64,000 nucleotides of DNA from Eledone cirrhosa (lineage: Eukaryota), in the NCBI GenBank assembly GCA_964016885.1, contig OZ024742.1:167834001-167898000 (forward strand). Direction: 5' to 3'. The position numbers and the translations under genes were made by a program. Shown here piece by piece: positions 14,301 through 26,610 of this stretch (its first letter is position 1; every line of letters starts with the position of its first letter). The notes beneath the pieces were generated by a model that searched no databases, was not told where the DNA came from, and saw only the letters and a program-made list of their open reading frames with translations.

Positions 14301-14946
14301 GCCAAGGGAAGATAATTTTTAAAAAAATCAGGCGGAGATTGTAAAAAAATCAGGGGGAGATAATTTGTAAAAAAATCAGGGGGAGATAATTTGTAAAAAA
14401 AAAATCAGGGGGAGACAATTTGTAAAAAAAATCAGGGGGAAATAATTTGTAAAAAAAAATCAAGGGGAGATAATTTGTACAAAAAATCAGGGGTATATAA
14501 TTTGTAAAAAAAATCAGGGGGAGATAATTTGTAAAAAAAAATCAGGGGGAGATAATTTGTAAAAAAAATCAAGGGGAGATAATTTGCAGCCGTCCAAGGG
14601 GAGATAATTTTCAGCCGTCCAAGGAGAGGTAATTTCTAGCCGTCCAAGGTGAGATAATATCCAGCCGTCCAAGGGGAGATAATTTTTAAAAAAAAACAGG
14701 CGAAGATAATTTGTAAAAAAAAAATCAGGGGGAGATAATTTGTAAAAAAAAATCAGGGGGAGATAATTTGTAAAAAAAAATCAGGGGGAGGTAATTTGTA
14801 AAAAAAATCAAGGGGAGATAATTTCCAGCCGTCCAAGGGAAGATAATTTCCAGCCCTCCAAGGGGCTATAATTTCCAGCGTCCAAGGGGAGATAATTTCC
14901 AGCCAGCGAAGGGGAGATAATTTTTTTTTTTTTAAATCAGGGGAAC
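11336..14946 (+). repeat. 3.6-kb higher-order unit, copy 2
   Basis: Matches 7727-11335; the only differences I found are two 1-nt A-tract length changes (about 9743 vs 13352 and 10099 vs 13709). Confidence 0.95.
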
Positions 14947-17900
14947 ATAATTTGTAAAAAAAATCAGGGGGAGATAATTTGTAAAAAAAATCAAGGGGAG
15001 ATAATTTGTAAAAAAAATCAGGGGGAGATAATTTGTAAAAAAAAATCAGGGGGAGATAATTTGTAAAAAAAAATCAAGGGGAGATAATTTCCAGCCGTCC
15101 AAGGGGAGATAATTTTCAGCCGTCCAAGGGGAGATAATTTCCCGCCAGCCAAGGAAAGATAATATTTAAAAAAATCAGGCGGAGATAATTTGTAAAAAAA
15201 ATCAGGGGGAGATAATTTGTAAAAAAATCAGGGGGAGATAATTTGTAAAAAAAAAATCAGGGGTAGATAATTTGTAAAAAAAAATCAGGGGGAGATAATT
15301 TGTAAAAAAAAATCAGGGGGAGATAATTTGTAAAAAAAATCAATTGGAGATAATTTCCAGCCGTCCAAGGGGAGATAATTTTCAGCCGTCCAAGGAGAGG
15401 TAATTTCTAGACGTCCAAGGGGAGATAATTTCCAGCCGTCCAAGGGGAGATAATTTCCAGCCGTCCAAGGGTAGATAATATCCAGCCGTCGAAGGAGACA
15501 TATTTTCCAGCTTTCCAAGGAGAGGTAATTTCTATCCGTCCAAGGGGAGATAAATTCCAGCCTCCAAGGGGAGATAATTTCCCGCCAGCCAAGGGGAGAT
15601 AATTTGTAAAAAAATCAGGGGGAGATAATTTGTAAAAAAAATCAGGGGGAGATAATTTGTAAAAAAAATCAGGGGGAGATAATTTGTAAAAAAAATCAAG
15701 GGGAGATAATTTCCAGCCGTCCAAGGGGAGATAATTTTCAGCCGTCCAAGGGGAGATAATTTCCCGCCAGCCAAGGGAAGATAATATTTAAAAAATGAGG
15801 CGGAGATAATTTGTAAAAAAAATCAGGGGGAGATAATTTGTAAAAAAATCAGGGGGAGATAATTTGTAAAAAAAAAATCAGGGGGAGATAATTTGTAAAA
15901 AAAATCAGGGGGAGATAATTTGTAAAAAAAAATCAGGGGTAGATAATTTGTAAAAAAAAATCAGGGGGATAATTTGTAAAAAAAATCAGGGGGAGATAAT
16001 TTGTAAAAAAAATCAAGGGGAGATAATTTCCAGCCGTCCAAGGGAAGATAATTTCAAGCCCTGCAAGGGGCTATAATTTCCAGTGTCCAAGGGGAGATAA
16101 TTTCCAGCCAGCGAAGGGGAGATAATTTTTTTTTAAAAATCAGGGGGAGATTTGTAAAAAAAATCAGGGGGAGATAATTTGTAAAAAAAATCAAACGGAG
16201 ATAATATCCAGCCGTCCAAAGAGAGATAATTTCTAGCCGTCCAAGGGGAGATAATTTCGAGCCAAGGGGAGATAATTTCCAGCCGTCCAAGGGGAGATAA
16301 TTTTTTAAAAAATCAGGTGGAGATAATTTGTAAAAAAAATCAGAGGGAGATAATTTGTAAAAACAAAATCAAGGGCAGATAATTTCCAGCTGTCCAAGGG
16401 GAGATAATTTCCAGCCGTGCAAGGGGAGATAATTTCCAGCCGTCCAAGGGGAGATAATTTCCATCCTTCCAAGGGGAGATAATTTCCAGCCGTCCAAGGG
16501 GAGATAATTTCCCGCCAGCCAAGGGAAGATAATTTTTTAAAAAATCAGGCGGAGATTGTAAAAAAAATCAGGGGGAGATAATTTGTAAAAAAATCAGGGG
16601 GAGATAATTTGTAAAAAAATCAAGGGGAGATAATTTCCAGCTGTCCAAGGGGAGGTAATATCTAGCCGTCCAAGGGGAGATAATTTCCAGCCGTCCAAGG
16701 GGAGATAATTTCCAGCCGTCCAAGGGTAGATAATATCCAGCCGTCCAAGGAGACATATTTTCCAGCCCTCCAAGGAGAGGTAATTTCTAGCCGTCCAAGT
16801 GGAGATAAATTCCAGCCTCCAAGGGGAGATAATTTCCAGCCAGCCAAGGGGAGATAATTTGTAAAAAAATCAGGGGGAGATAATTTGTAAAAAAAATCAG
16901 GGGGAGATAATTTGTAAAAAAAAATCAGGGGGAGATAATTTGTAAAAAAAATCAGGGGGAGATAATTTGTAAAAAAAATCAAGGGGAGATAATTTCCAGC
17001 CGTCCAAGGGGAGATAATTTTCAGCCGTCCAAGGGGAGATAATTTCCCGCCAGCCAAGGGAAGATAATATTTAAAAAATGAGGCGGAGATAATTTGTAAA
17101 AAAAATCAGGGGGAGATAATTTGTAAAAAAATCAGGGGGAGATAATTTGTAAAAAAAAAATCAGGGGGAGATAATTTGTAAAAAAAATCAGGGGGAGATA
17201 ATTTGTAAAAAAAAATCAGGGGTAGATAATTTGTAAAAAAAAATCAGGGGGAGATAATTTGTAAAAAAAATCAAGGGGAGATAATTTCCAGCCGTCCAAG
17301 GGAAGATAATTTCAAGCCCTCCAAGGGGCTATAATTTCCAGTGTCCAAGGGGAGATAATTTCCAGCCAGCGAAGGGGAGATAATTTTTTTTTAAAAATCA
17401 GGGGGAGATTTGTAAAAAAAATCAGGGGGAGATAATTTGTAAAAAAAATCAAGGGGAGATAATTTCCAGCCGTCGAAGGGAAGATAATTTCCAGCCCTCC
17501 AAGGGGCTATAATTTCCAGCGTCCAAGGGGAGATAATTTCCAGCCAGCGAAGGGGAGATGATTTTTTTAAAAAAATCATTGGGAGATTTGTAAAAAAAAT
17601 CAGGGAGAGATAATTTGTAAAAAAAATCAAGGGGAGATAATTTCCAGCCGTCCAAGGGGAGGTAATATCTATCCGTCCAAGGGGAGATAATTTCCAGCCG
17701 TCCAAGGGGAGATAATTTCCAGCCGTCCAAGGGTAGATAATATCCAGCCGTCCAAGTAGACATTTTCCAGCCGTCCAAGGAGAGGTAATTTCTAGCCGTC
17801 CAAGGGGAGATAAATTCCAGCCTCCAAGGGGAGATAATTTCCAGCCAGCCAAGGGGAGATAATTTGTAAAAAAATCAGGGGGAGATAATTTGTAAAAAAA

Positions 17901-20835
17901 TCAGGGGGAGATAATTTGTAAAAAAAAATCAGGGGGAGATAATTTGTAAAAAAAAATCAGGGGGAGATAATTTGTAAAAAAAATCAAGGGGAGATAATTT
18001 CCAGCCGTCCAAGGGGAGATAATTTTCAGCCGTCCAAGGGGAGATAATTTCCAGCCGTCCAAGGGGAGATAATTTCCATCCTTCCAAGGGGAGATAATTT
18101 CCAGCCGTCCAAGGGGAGATAATTTCCCGCCAGCCAAGGGAAGATAATTTTTAAAAAAATCAGGCGGAGATTGTAAAAAAAATCAGTGGGAGATAATTTG
18201 TAAAAAAATCAGGGGGAGATAATTTGTAAAAAAAAAATCAGGGGGAGACAATTTGTAAAAAAAATCAGGGGGAAATAATTTGTAAAAAAAAATCAAGGGG
18301 AGATAATTTGTACAAAAAATCAGGGGTATATAATTTGTAAAAAAAATCAGGGGGAGATAATTTGTAAAAAAAAATCAGGGGGAGATAATTTGTAAAAAAA
18401 ATCAAGGGGAGATAATTTGCAGCCGTCCAAGGGGAGATAATTTTCAGCCGTCCAAGGAGAGGTAATTTCTAGCCGTCCAAGGTGAGATAATATCCAGCCG
18501 TCCAAGGGGAGATAATTTTTTAAAAAAAACAGGCGAAGATAATTTGTAAAAAAAAAATCAGGGGGAGATAATTTGTAAAAAAAAATCAGGGGGAGATAAT
18601 TTGTAAAAAAAAATCAGGGGGAGGTAATTTGTAAAAAAAATCAAGGGGAGATAATTTCCAGCCGTCCAAGGGAAGATAATTTCCAGCCCTCCAAGGGGCT
18701 ATAATTTCCAGCGTCCAAGGGGAGATAATTTCCAGCCAGCGAAGGGGAGATAATTTTTTTTTTTTTAAATCAGGGGAACATAATTTGTAAAAAAAATCAG
18801 GGGGAGATAATTTGTAAAAAAAATCAAGGGGAGATAATTTGTAAAAAAAAATCAGGGGGAGATAATTTGTAAAAAAAAATCAGGGGGAGATAATTTGTAA
18901 AAAAAATCAAGGGGAGATAATTTGTAAAAAAAAATCAAGGGGAGATAATTTCCAGCCGTCCAAGGGGAGATAATTTTCAGCCGTCCAAGGGGAGATAATT
19001 TCCCGCCAGCCAAGGAAAGATAATATTTAAAAAAATCAGGCGGAGATAATTTGTAAAAAAAATCAGGGGGAGATAATTTGTAAAAAAATATTGGGGAGAT
19101 AATTTGTAAAAAAAAAATCAGGGGTAGATAATTTGTAAAAAAAAATCAGGGGGAGATAATTTGTAGCCGTCCAAGGGGAGATAATTTTCAGCCGTCCAAG
19201 GAGAGGTAATTTCTAGACGTCCAAGGGGAGATAATTTCCAGCCGTCCAAGGGGAGATAATTTCCAGCCGTCCAAGGGTAGATAATATCCAGCCGTCCAAG
19301 GAGACATATTTTCCAGCTTTCCAAGGAGAGGTAATTTCTATCCGTCCAAGGGGAGATAAATTCCAGCCTCCAAGGGGAGATAATTTCCAGCCAGCCAAGG
19401 GAAGGAAATATTTAAAAAAATCAGGCGGAGATAATTTGTAAAAAAAATCAGGGGGAGATAATTTGTAAAAAAATCAGGGGGAGATAATTTGTAAAAAAAA
19501 AATCAGGGGGAGATAATTTGTAAAAAAAAATCAGGGGTAGATGATTTGTAAAAAAAAATCAGGGGGAGATAATTTGTAAAAAAAAATCAGGGGGAGATAA
19601 TTTGTAAAAAAAATCAAGGGGAGATAATTTCCAGCCGTCCAAGGAGAGATAATTTTTAAAAAAAATCAGGCGGAGATAATTTGTAAAAAAAATCAAGGGG
19701 AGATAATTTGTAAAAAAAAATCAGGGGGAGATAATTTGTAAAAAAAATCAAGGGGAGATAATTTCCAGCCGTCCAAGGGAAGATAATTTCCAGCACTCCA
19801 AGGGGCTATAATTTCCAGTGTCCAAGGGGAGATAATTTCCAGCCAGCGAAGGGGAGATAATTTTTTTAAAAAAATCAGGGGGAGATATGTAAAAAAAATC
19901 AGAGGGAGATAATTTCCAGCCGTCCAAAGAGAGATAATTTCTAGCCGTCCAAGGGGAGAAAATTTCCAGCCAAGGGGAGATAATTTCCAGCCGTCCAAGG
20001 GGAGATAATTTTTTAAAAAATCAGGGGGAGATAATTTGTAAAAACAAAATCAAGGGCAGATAATTTCCAGCTGTCCAAGGGGAGATAGTTTCCAGCCGTG
20101 CAAGGGGAGATAATTTCCAGCCGTCCAAGGGGAGATAATTTCCATACTTCCAAGGGGAGATAATTTCCAGCCGTCCAAGGGGAGATAATTTCCCGCCAGC
20201 CAAGGGAAGATAATTTGTAAAAAAATCAGGGGGAGATAATTTGTAAAAAAAAAATCAGGGGGAGATAATTTGTAAAAAAAAAATCAGGGGTAGATAATTT
20301 GTAAAAAAAATCAGGGCTAGATAATTTGTAAAAAAAAATCAGGGGGAGATAATTTGTAAAAAAAAATCAGGGGGAGATAATTTGTAAAAAAATCAAGGGG
20401 AGATAATATGCAGCCGTCCAAGGGGAGATAATTTTCAGCCGTCCAAGGAGAGGTAATTTCTAGCCGTCCAAGGGGAGATAATTTCCAGCCGTCCAAGGGG
20501 AGATAATTTCCAGCCGTCCAAGGGGAGATAGTTTTTTTAAAAAATCAGCCGGAGATAATTTGTAAAAAAAAAATCAGGGGGAGATAATTTGTAAAAAAAA
20601 ATCAGGGGGAGATAATTTGTAAAAAAAAATCAGGGGGAGATAATTTGTAAAAAAAATCAAGGGGAGATAATTTCCAGCCGTCCAAGGGAAGATAATTTCC
20701 AGCCCTCGAAGGGGCTATAATTTCCAGCGTCCAAGGGGAGATAATTTCCAGCCAGCGAAGGGGAGATAATTTTTTTAAAAAAATCATTGGGAGATTTGTA
20801 AAAAAAATCAGGGGGAGATAATTAGTAAAAAAAAT

Positions 20836-21060
20836 CAAGGGGAGATAATTTCCAGCCGTCCAAGGGGAGGTAATATCTAGCCGTCCAAGGGGAGATAATT
20901 TCCAGCCGTCCAAGGGGAGATAATTTCCAGCCGTCCAAGGGTAGATAATATCCAGCCGTCCAAGTAGACATTTTCCAGCCGTCCAAGGAGAGGTAATTTC
21001 TAGCCGTCCAAGGGGAGATAAATTCCAGCCTCCAAGGGGAGATAATTTCCAGCCAGCCAA
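20836..21060 (+). repeat. Representative cassette W2 (nine A-type monomers)
   Basis: Fixed order: A, GAGGTAATATCTAG, A, A, GGGTAGATAATATCC, AAGTAGACATTTTCC or GGAGACATATTTTCC, GGAGAGGTAATTTCTAG, GATAAATTCCAGCCTCC, CCAGCCAGCC. The GACA(TA)TTTTCC marker occurs about 40 times by eye. Confidence 0.9.
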
Positions 21061-21421
21061 GGGGAGATAATTTGTAAAAAAATCAGGGGGAGATAATTTG
21101 TAAAAAAAATCAGGGGGAGATAATTTGTAAAAAAAAATCAGGGGGAGATAATTTGTAAAAAAAAATCAGGGGGAGATAATTTGTAAAAAAAATCAGGGGG
21201 AGATAATTTGTAAAAAAAATCAAGGGGAGATAATTTCCAGCCGTCCAAGGGGAGATAATTTTCAGCCGTCCAAGGGGAGATAATTTCCAGCCGTCCAAGG
21301 GGAGATAATTTCCATCCTTCCAAGGGGAGATAATTTCCAGCCGTCCAAGGGGAGATAATTTTCAGCCGTCCAAGGGGAGATAATTTCCCGCCAGCCAAGG
21401 GAAGATAATATTTTAAAAAAT

Positions 21422-21567
21422 CAGGCGGAGATAATTTGTAAAAAAAATCAGGGGGAGATAATTTGTAAAAAAATCAGGGGGAGATAATTTGTAAAAAAAA
21501 AATCAGGGGGAGATAATTTGTAAAAAAAATCAGGGGGAGATAATTTGTAAAAAAAAATCAGGGGTAG
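21422..21567 (+). repeat. Representative cassette W4 (B-run with A-tract lengths 8-7-10-8-9, from CAGGCGG to CAGGGGTAG)
   Basis: Same series counted in copies near 1978, 9588, 15798, 17080, 21422, 24943, 33107, 38877, 44113, 50776 and 56059. Confidence 0.88.
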
Positions 21568-24500
21568 ATAATTTGTAAAAAAAAATCAGGGGGAGATAAT
21601 TTGTAAAAAAAAAATCAGGGGGAGATAATTTGTAAAAAAAATCAAGGGGAGATAATTTCCAGCCGTCCAAGGAGAGATAATTTTTTTAAAAAATCAGGCG
21701 GAGATAATTTGTAAAAAAAAATCAAGGGGAGATAATTTGTAAAAAAAAATCAAGGGGAGATAATTTGTAAAAAAAATCAAGGGGAGATAATTTCCAGCCG
21801 TCCAAGGGAAGATAATTTCCAGCACTCCAAGGGGCTATAATTTCCAGTGTCCAAGGGGAGATAATTTCCAGCCAGCGAAGGGGAGATAATTTTTTTTTAA
21901 AAATCAGGGGGAGATATGTAAAAAAAATCAGAGGGAGATAATTTCTAAAAAAAATCAAAGGGAGATAATTTCCAGCCGTCCAAAGAGAGATAATTTCTAG
22001 CCGTCCAAGGGGAGATAATTTCCAGCCAAGGGGAGATAATTTCCAGCCGTCCAAGGGGAGATAATTATTTAAAAAATCAGGTGGAGATAATTTGTAAAAA
22101 AAATCAGGGGGAGATAATTTGTAAAAACAAAATCAAGGGCAGATAATTTCCAGCTGTCCAAGGGGAGATAATTTCCAGCCGTGCAAGGGGAGATAATTTC
22201 CAGCCGTCCAAGGGGAGATAATTTCCATCCTTCCAAGGGGAGATAATGTCCAGCCGTCCAAGGGGAGATAATTTCCCGCCAGCCAAGGGAAGATAATTTT
22301 TAAAAAAATCAGGCGGAGATTGTAAAAAAAATCAGGGGGAGATAATTTGTAAAAAAAAAATCAGGGGGAGATAATTTGTAAAAAAAATCAGGGGTAGATA
22401 ATTTGTAAAAAAAAATCAGGGGGAGATAATTTGTAAAAAAAAATCAGGGGGAGATAATTTCTAAAAAAATCAAGGGGAGATAATATGCAGCCGTCCAAGG
22501 GGAGATAATTTTCAGCCGTCCAAGGAGAGGTAATTTCTAGCCGTCCAAGGGGAGATAATTTCCAGCCGTCCAAGGGGAGATAATTTCCAGCCGTCCAAGG
22601 GGAGATAGTTTTTTTAAAAAAATCAGGCGGAGATAATTTGTAAAAAAAAAATCAGGGGGAGATAATTTGTAAAAAAAAATCAGGGGGAGATAATTTGTGA
22701 AAAAAAAATCAGGGGGAGATAATTTGTAAAAAAAATCAGGGGGAGATAATTAGTAAAAAAAATCAAGGGGAGATAATTTCCAGCCGTCCAAGGGGAGGTA
22801 ATATCTAGCCGTCCAAGGGGAGATAATTTCCAGCCGTCCAAGGGGAGATAATTTCCAGCCGTCCAAGGGTAGATAATATCCAGCCGTCCAAGTAGACATA
22901 TTTTCCAGCCGTCCAAGGAGAGGTAATTTCTAGCCGTCCAAGGGGAGATAAATTCCAGCCTCCAAGGGGAGATAATTTCCAGCCAGCCAAGGGGAGATAA
23001 TTTGTAAAAAAATCAGGGGAGATAATTTGTAAAAAAAATCAGGGGGAGATAATTTGTAAAAAAAATCAGGGGGAGATAATTTGTAAAAAAAAATCAGGGG
23101 GAGATAATTTGTAAAAAAAATCAGGGGGAGATAATTTGTAAAAAAAAATCAGGGGGAGATAATTTGTAAAAAAAAATCAGGGGGAGATAATTTGTAAAAA
23201 AAAATCAGGGGGAGATAATTTGTAAAAAAAATCAAGGGGAGATAATTTCCAGCCGTCCAAGGGGAGATAATTTCCAGCCGTCCAAGGGGAGGTAATATCT
23301 AGCCGTCCAAGGGGAGATAATTTCCAGCCGTCCAAGAGGAGATAATTTCCAGCCGTCCAAGGGTAGATAATATCCAGCCGTCCAAGGAGACATATTTTCC
23401 AGCCGTCCAAGGAGAGGTAATTTCTAGCCGTCCAAGGGGAGATAAATTCCAGCCTCCAAGGGGAGATAATTTGTAAAAAAATCAGGGGGAGATAACTTGT
23501 AAAAAAAATCAGGGGGAGATAATTTTTAAAAAAAAATCAGGGGGAGATAATTTGTAAAAAAAATCAGGGGGAGATAATTTGTAAAAAAAATTCAAGGGGA
23601 GATAATTTCCAGCCGTCCAAGGGGAGATAATTTTCAGCCGCCCAAGGGGAGATAATTTCCCGCCAGCCAAGGGAAGATAATATTTAAAAAATCAGGCGGA
23701 GATAATTTGTAAAAAAAATCAGGGGGAGATAATTTGTAAAAAAATCAGGGGGAGATAATTTGTAAAAAAAAAATCAGGGGGAGATAATTTGTAAAAAAAA
23801 TCAGGGGGAGATGATTTGTAAAAAAAATCAGGGGTAGATAATTTGTAAAAAGAAATCAGGGGGAGATAATTTGTAAAAAAAAATCAGGGGGAGATAATTT
23901 GTAAAAAAAATCAAGAGGAGATAATTTCCAGCCGTCGAAGGGAAGATAGTTTCCAGCCCTCCAAGGGGCTATAATTTCCAGCGTCCAAGGGGAGATAATT
24001 TCCAGCCAGCGAAGGGGAGATAATTTTTTTAAAAAAATCATTGGGAGATTTGTAAAAAAAATCAGGGGGAGATAATTTGTAAAAAAAAATCAGGGGGAGA
24101 TAATTTGTAAAAAAAATCAGGGGGAGATAATTTGTAAAAAAAAATCAGGGGGAGATAATTTGTAAAAAAAAATCAGGGGGAGATAATTTGTAAAAAAAAA
24201 TCAGGGGGAGATAATTTGTAAAAAAAATCAAGGGGAGATAATTTCCAGCCGTCCAAGGGGAGATAATTTCCAGCCGTCCAAGGGGAGGTAATATCTAGCC
24301 GTCCAAGGGGAGATAATTTCCAGCCGTCCAAGAGGAGATAATTTCCAGCGTCCAAGGGGAGATAATTTCCAGCCAGCGAAGGGGAGATAATTTTTTTAAA
24401 AAAATCATTGGGAGATTTGTAAAAAAAATCAGGGGGAGATAATTGGTAAAAAAAATCAAGGGGAGATAATTTCCAGCCGTCCAAGGGGAGGTAATATCTA

Positions 24501-26610
24501 GCCGTCCAAGGGGAGATAATTTCCAGCCGTCCAAGGGGAGATAATTTCCAGCCGTCCAAGGGTAGATAATATCCAGCCGTCCAAGTAGACATTTTCCAGC
24601 CGTCCAAGGAGAGGTAATTTCTAGCCGTCCAAGGGGAGATAAATTCCAGCCTCCAAGGGGAGATAATTTCCAGCCAGCCAAGGGGAGATAATTTGTAAAA
24701 AAATCAGGGGGAGATAATTTGTAAAAAAAATCAGGGGGAGATATTTTGTAAAAAAAAATCAGGGGGAGATAATTTGTAAAAAAAATCAGGGGGAGATAAT
24801 TTGTAAAAAAAAATCAGGGGGAGATAATTTGTAAAAAAAATCAAGGGGAGATAATTTCCAGCCGTCCAAGGGGAGATAATTTTCAGCCGTCCAAGGGGAG
24901 ATAATTTCCCGCCAGCCAAGGGAAGATAATATTTAAAAAAATCAGGCGGAGATAATTTGTAAAAAAAATCAGGGGGAGATAATTTGTAAAAAAATCAGGG
25001 GGAGATAATTTGTAAAAAAAAAATCAGGGGGAGATAATTTGTAAAAAAAATCAGGGGGAGATAATTTGTAAAAAAAAATCAGGGGTAGATAATTTGTAAA
25101 AAAAAATCAGGGGGAGATAATTTGTAAAAAAAATCAGGGGGAGATAATTTGTGAAAAAAATCAAGGGGAGATAATTTCCAGCCGTCCAAGGAGAGATAAT
25201 TTAAAAAAAAATCAGGCGGAGATAATTTGTAAAAAAAAATCAGGGGGAGATAATTTGTAAAAAAAATCAAGGGGAGATAATTTCCAGCCGTCCAAGGGAA
25301 GATAATTTCCAGCACTCCAAAGGGCTATAATTTCCAGTGTCCAAGGGGAGATAATTTCCAGCCAGCGAAGGGGAGATAATTTTTTTTAAAAAATCAGGGG
25401 GAGATATGTAAAAAAAATCAGAGGGAGATAATTTCTAAAAAAAATCAAAGGGAGATAATTTCCAGCCGTCCAAAGAGAGATAATTTCTAGCCGTCCAAGG
25501 GGAGATAATTTCCAGCCAAGGGGAGATAATATCCAGCCGTCCAAGGGGAGATAATTTTTTAAAAAATCAGGTGGAGATAATTTGTAAAAAAAATCAGGGG
25601 GAGATAATTTGTAAAAACAAAATCAAGGGCAGATAATTTCCAGCTGTCCAAGGGGAGATAATTTCCAGCCGTGCAAGGGGAGATAATTTCCAGCCGTCCA
25701 AGGGGAGATAATTTCCATCCTTCCAAGGGGAGATAATCTCCAGCCGTCCAAGGGGAGATAATTTCCCGCCAGCCAAGGTAAGATAATTTTTAAAAAAATC
25801 AGGCGGAGATAATTTGTAAAAAAAATCAAGGGGAGATAATTTGTAAAAAAAAATCAGGGGGAGATAATTTGTAAAAAAAATCAAGGGGAGATAATTTCCA
25901 GCCGTCCAAGGGAAGATAATTTCCAGCACTCCAAGGGGCTATAATTTCCAGTGTCCAAGGGGAGATAATTTCCAGCCAGCGAAGGGGAGATAATTTTTTT
26001 AAAAAAATCAGGGGGAGATATGTAAAAAAAATCAGAGGGAGATAATTTCCAGCCGTCCAAAGAGAGATAATTTCTAGCCGTCCAAGGGGAGAAAATTTCC
26101 AGCCAAGGGGAGATAATTTCCAGCCGTCCAAGGGGAGATAATTTTTTAAAAAATCAGGGGGAGATAATTTGTAAAAACAAAATCAAGGGCAGATAATTTC
26201 CAGCTGTCCAAGGGGAGATAGTTTCCAGCCGTGCAAGGGGAGATAATTTCCAGCCGTCCAAGGGGAGATAATTTCCATACTTCCAAGGGGAGATAATTTC
26301 CAGCCGTCCAAGGGGAGATAATTTCCCGCCAGCCAAGGAAAGATAATTTGTAAAAAAATCAGGGGGAGATAATTTGTAAAAAAAAAATCAGGGGGAGATA
26401 ATTTGTAAAAAAAAATCAGGGGGAGATAATTTGTAAAAAAAAAATCAGGGGTAGATAATTTGTAAAAAAAATCAGGGCTAGATAATTTGTAAAAAAAAAT
26501 CAGGGGGAGATAATTTGTAAAAAAAAATCAGGGGGAGATAATTTGTAAAAAAATCAAGGGGAGATAATATGCAGCCGTCCAAGGGGAGATAATTTTCAGC
26601 CGTCCAAGGA

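Larger units (their letters stand above)
17991..26610 (+). repeat. 8.6-kb higher-order block, copy 1
   Basis: Markers AATCAGTGGG 18181/26801 (offset 8620), GTAGCCGTCC 19163/27781 (8618) and TCCATACTTCC 20141/28759 (8618); ORF pairs 21722/30312 and 22104/30694 (8590). Confidence 0.9.
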
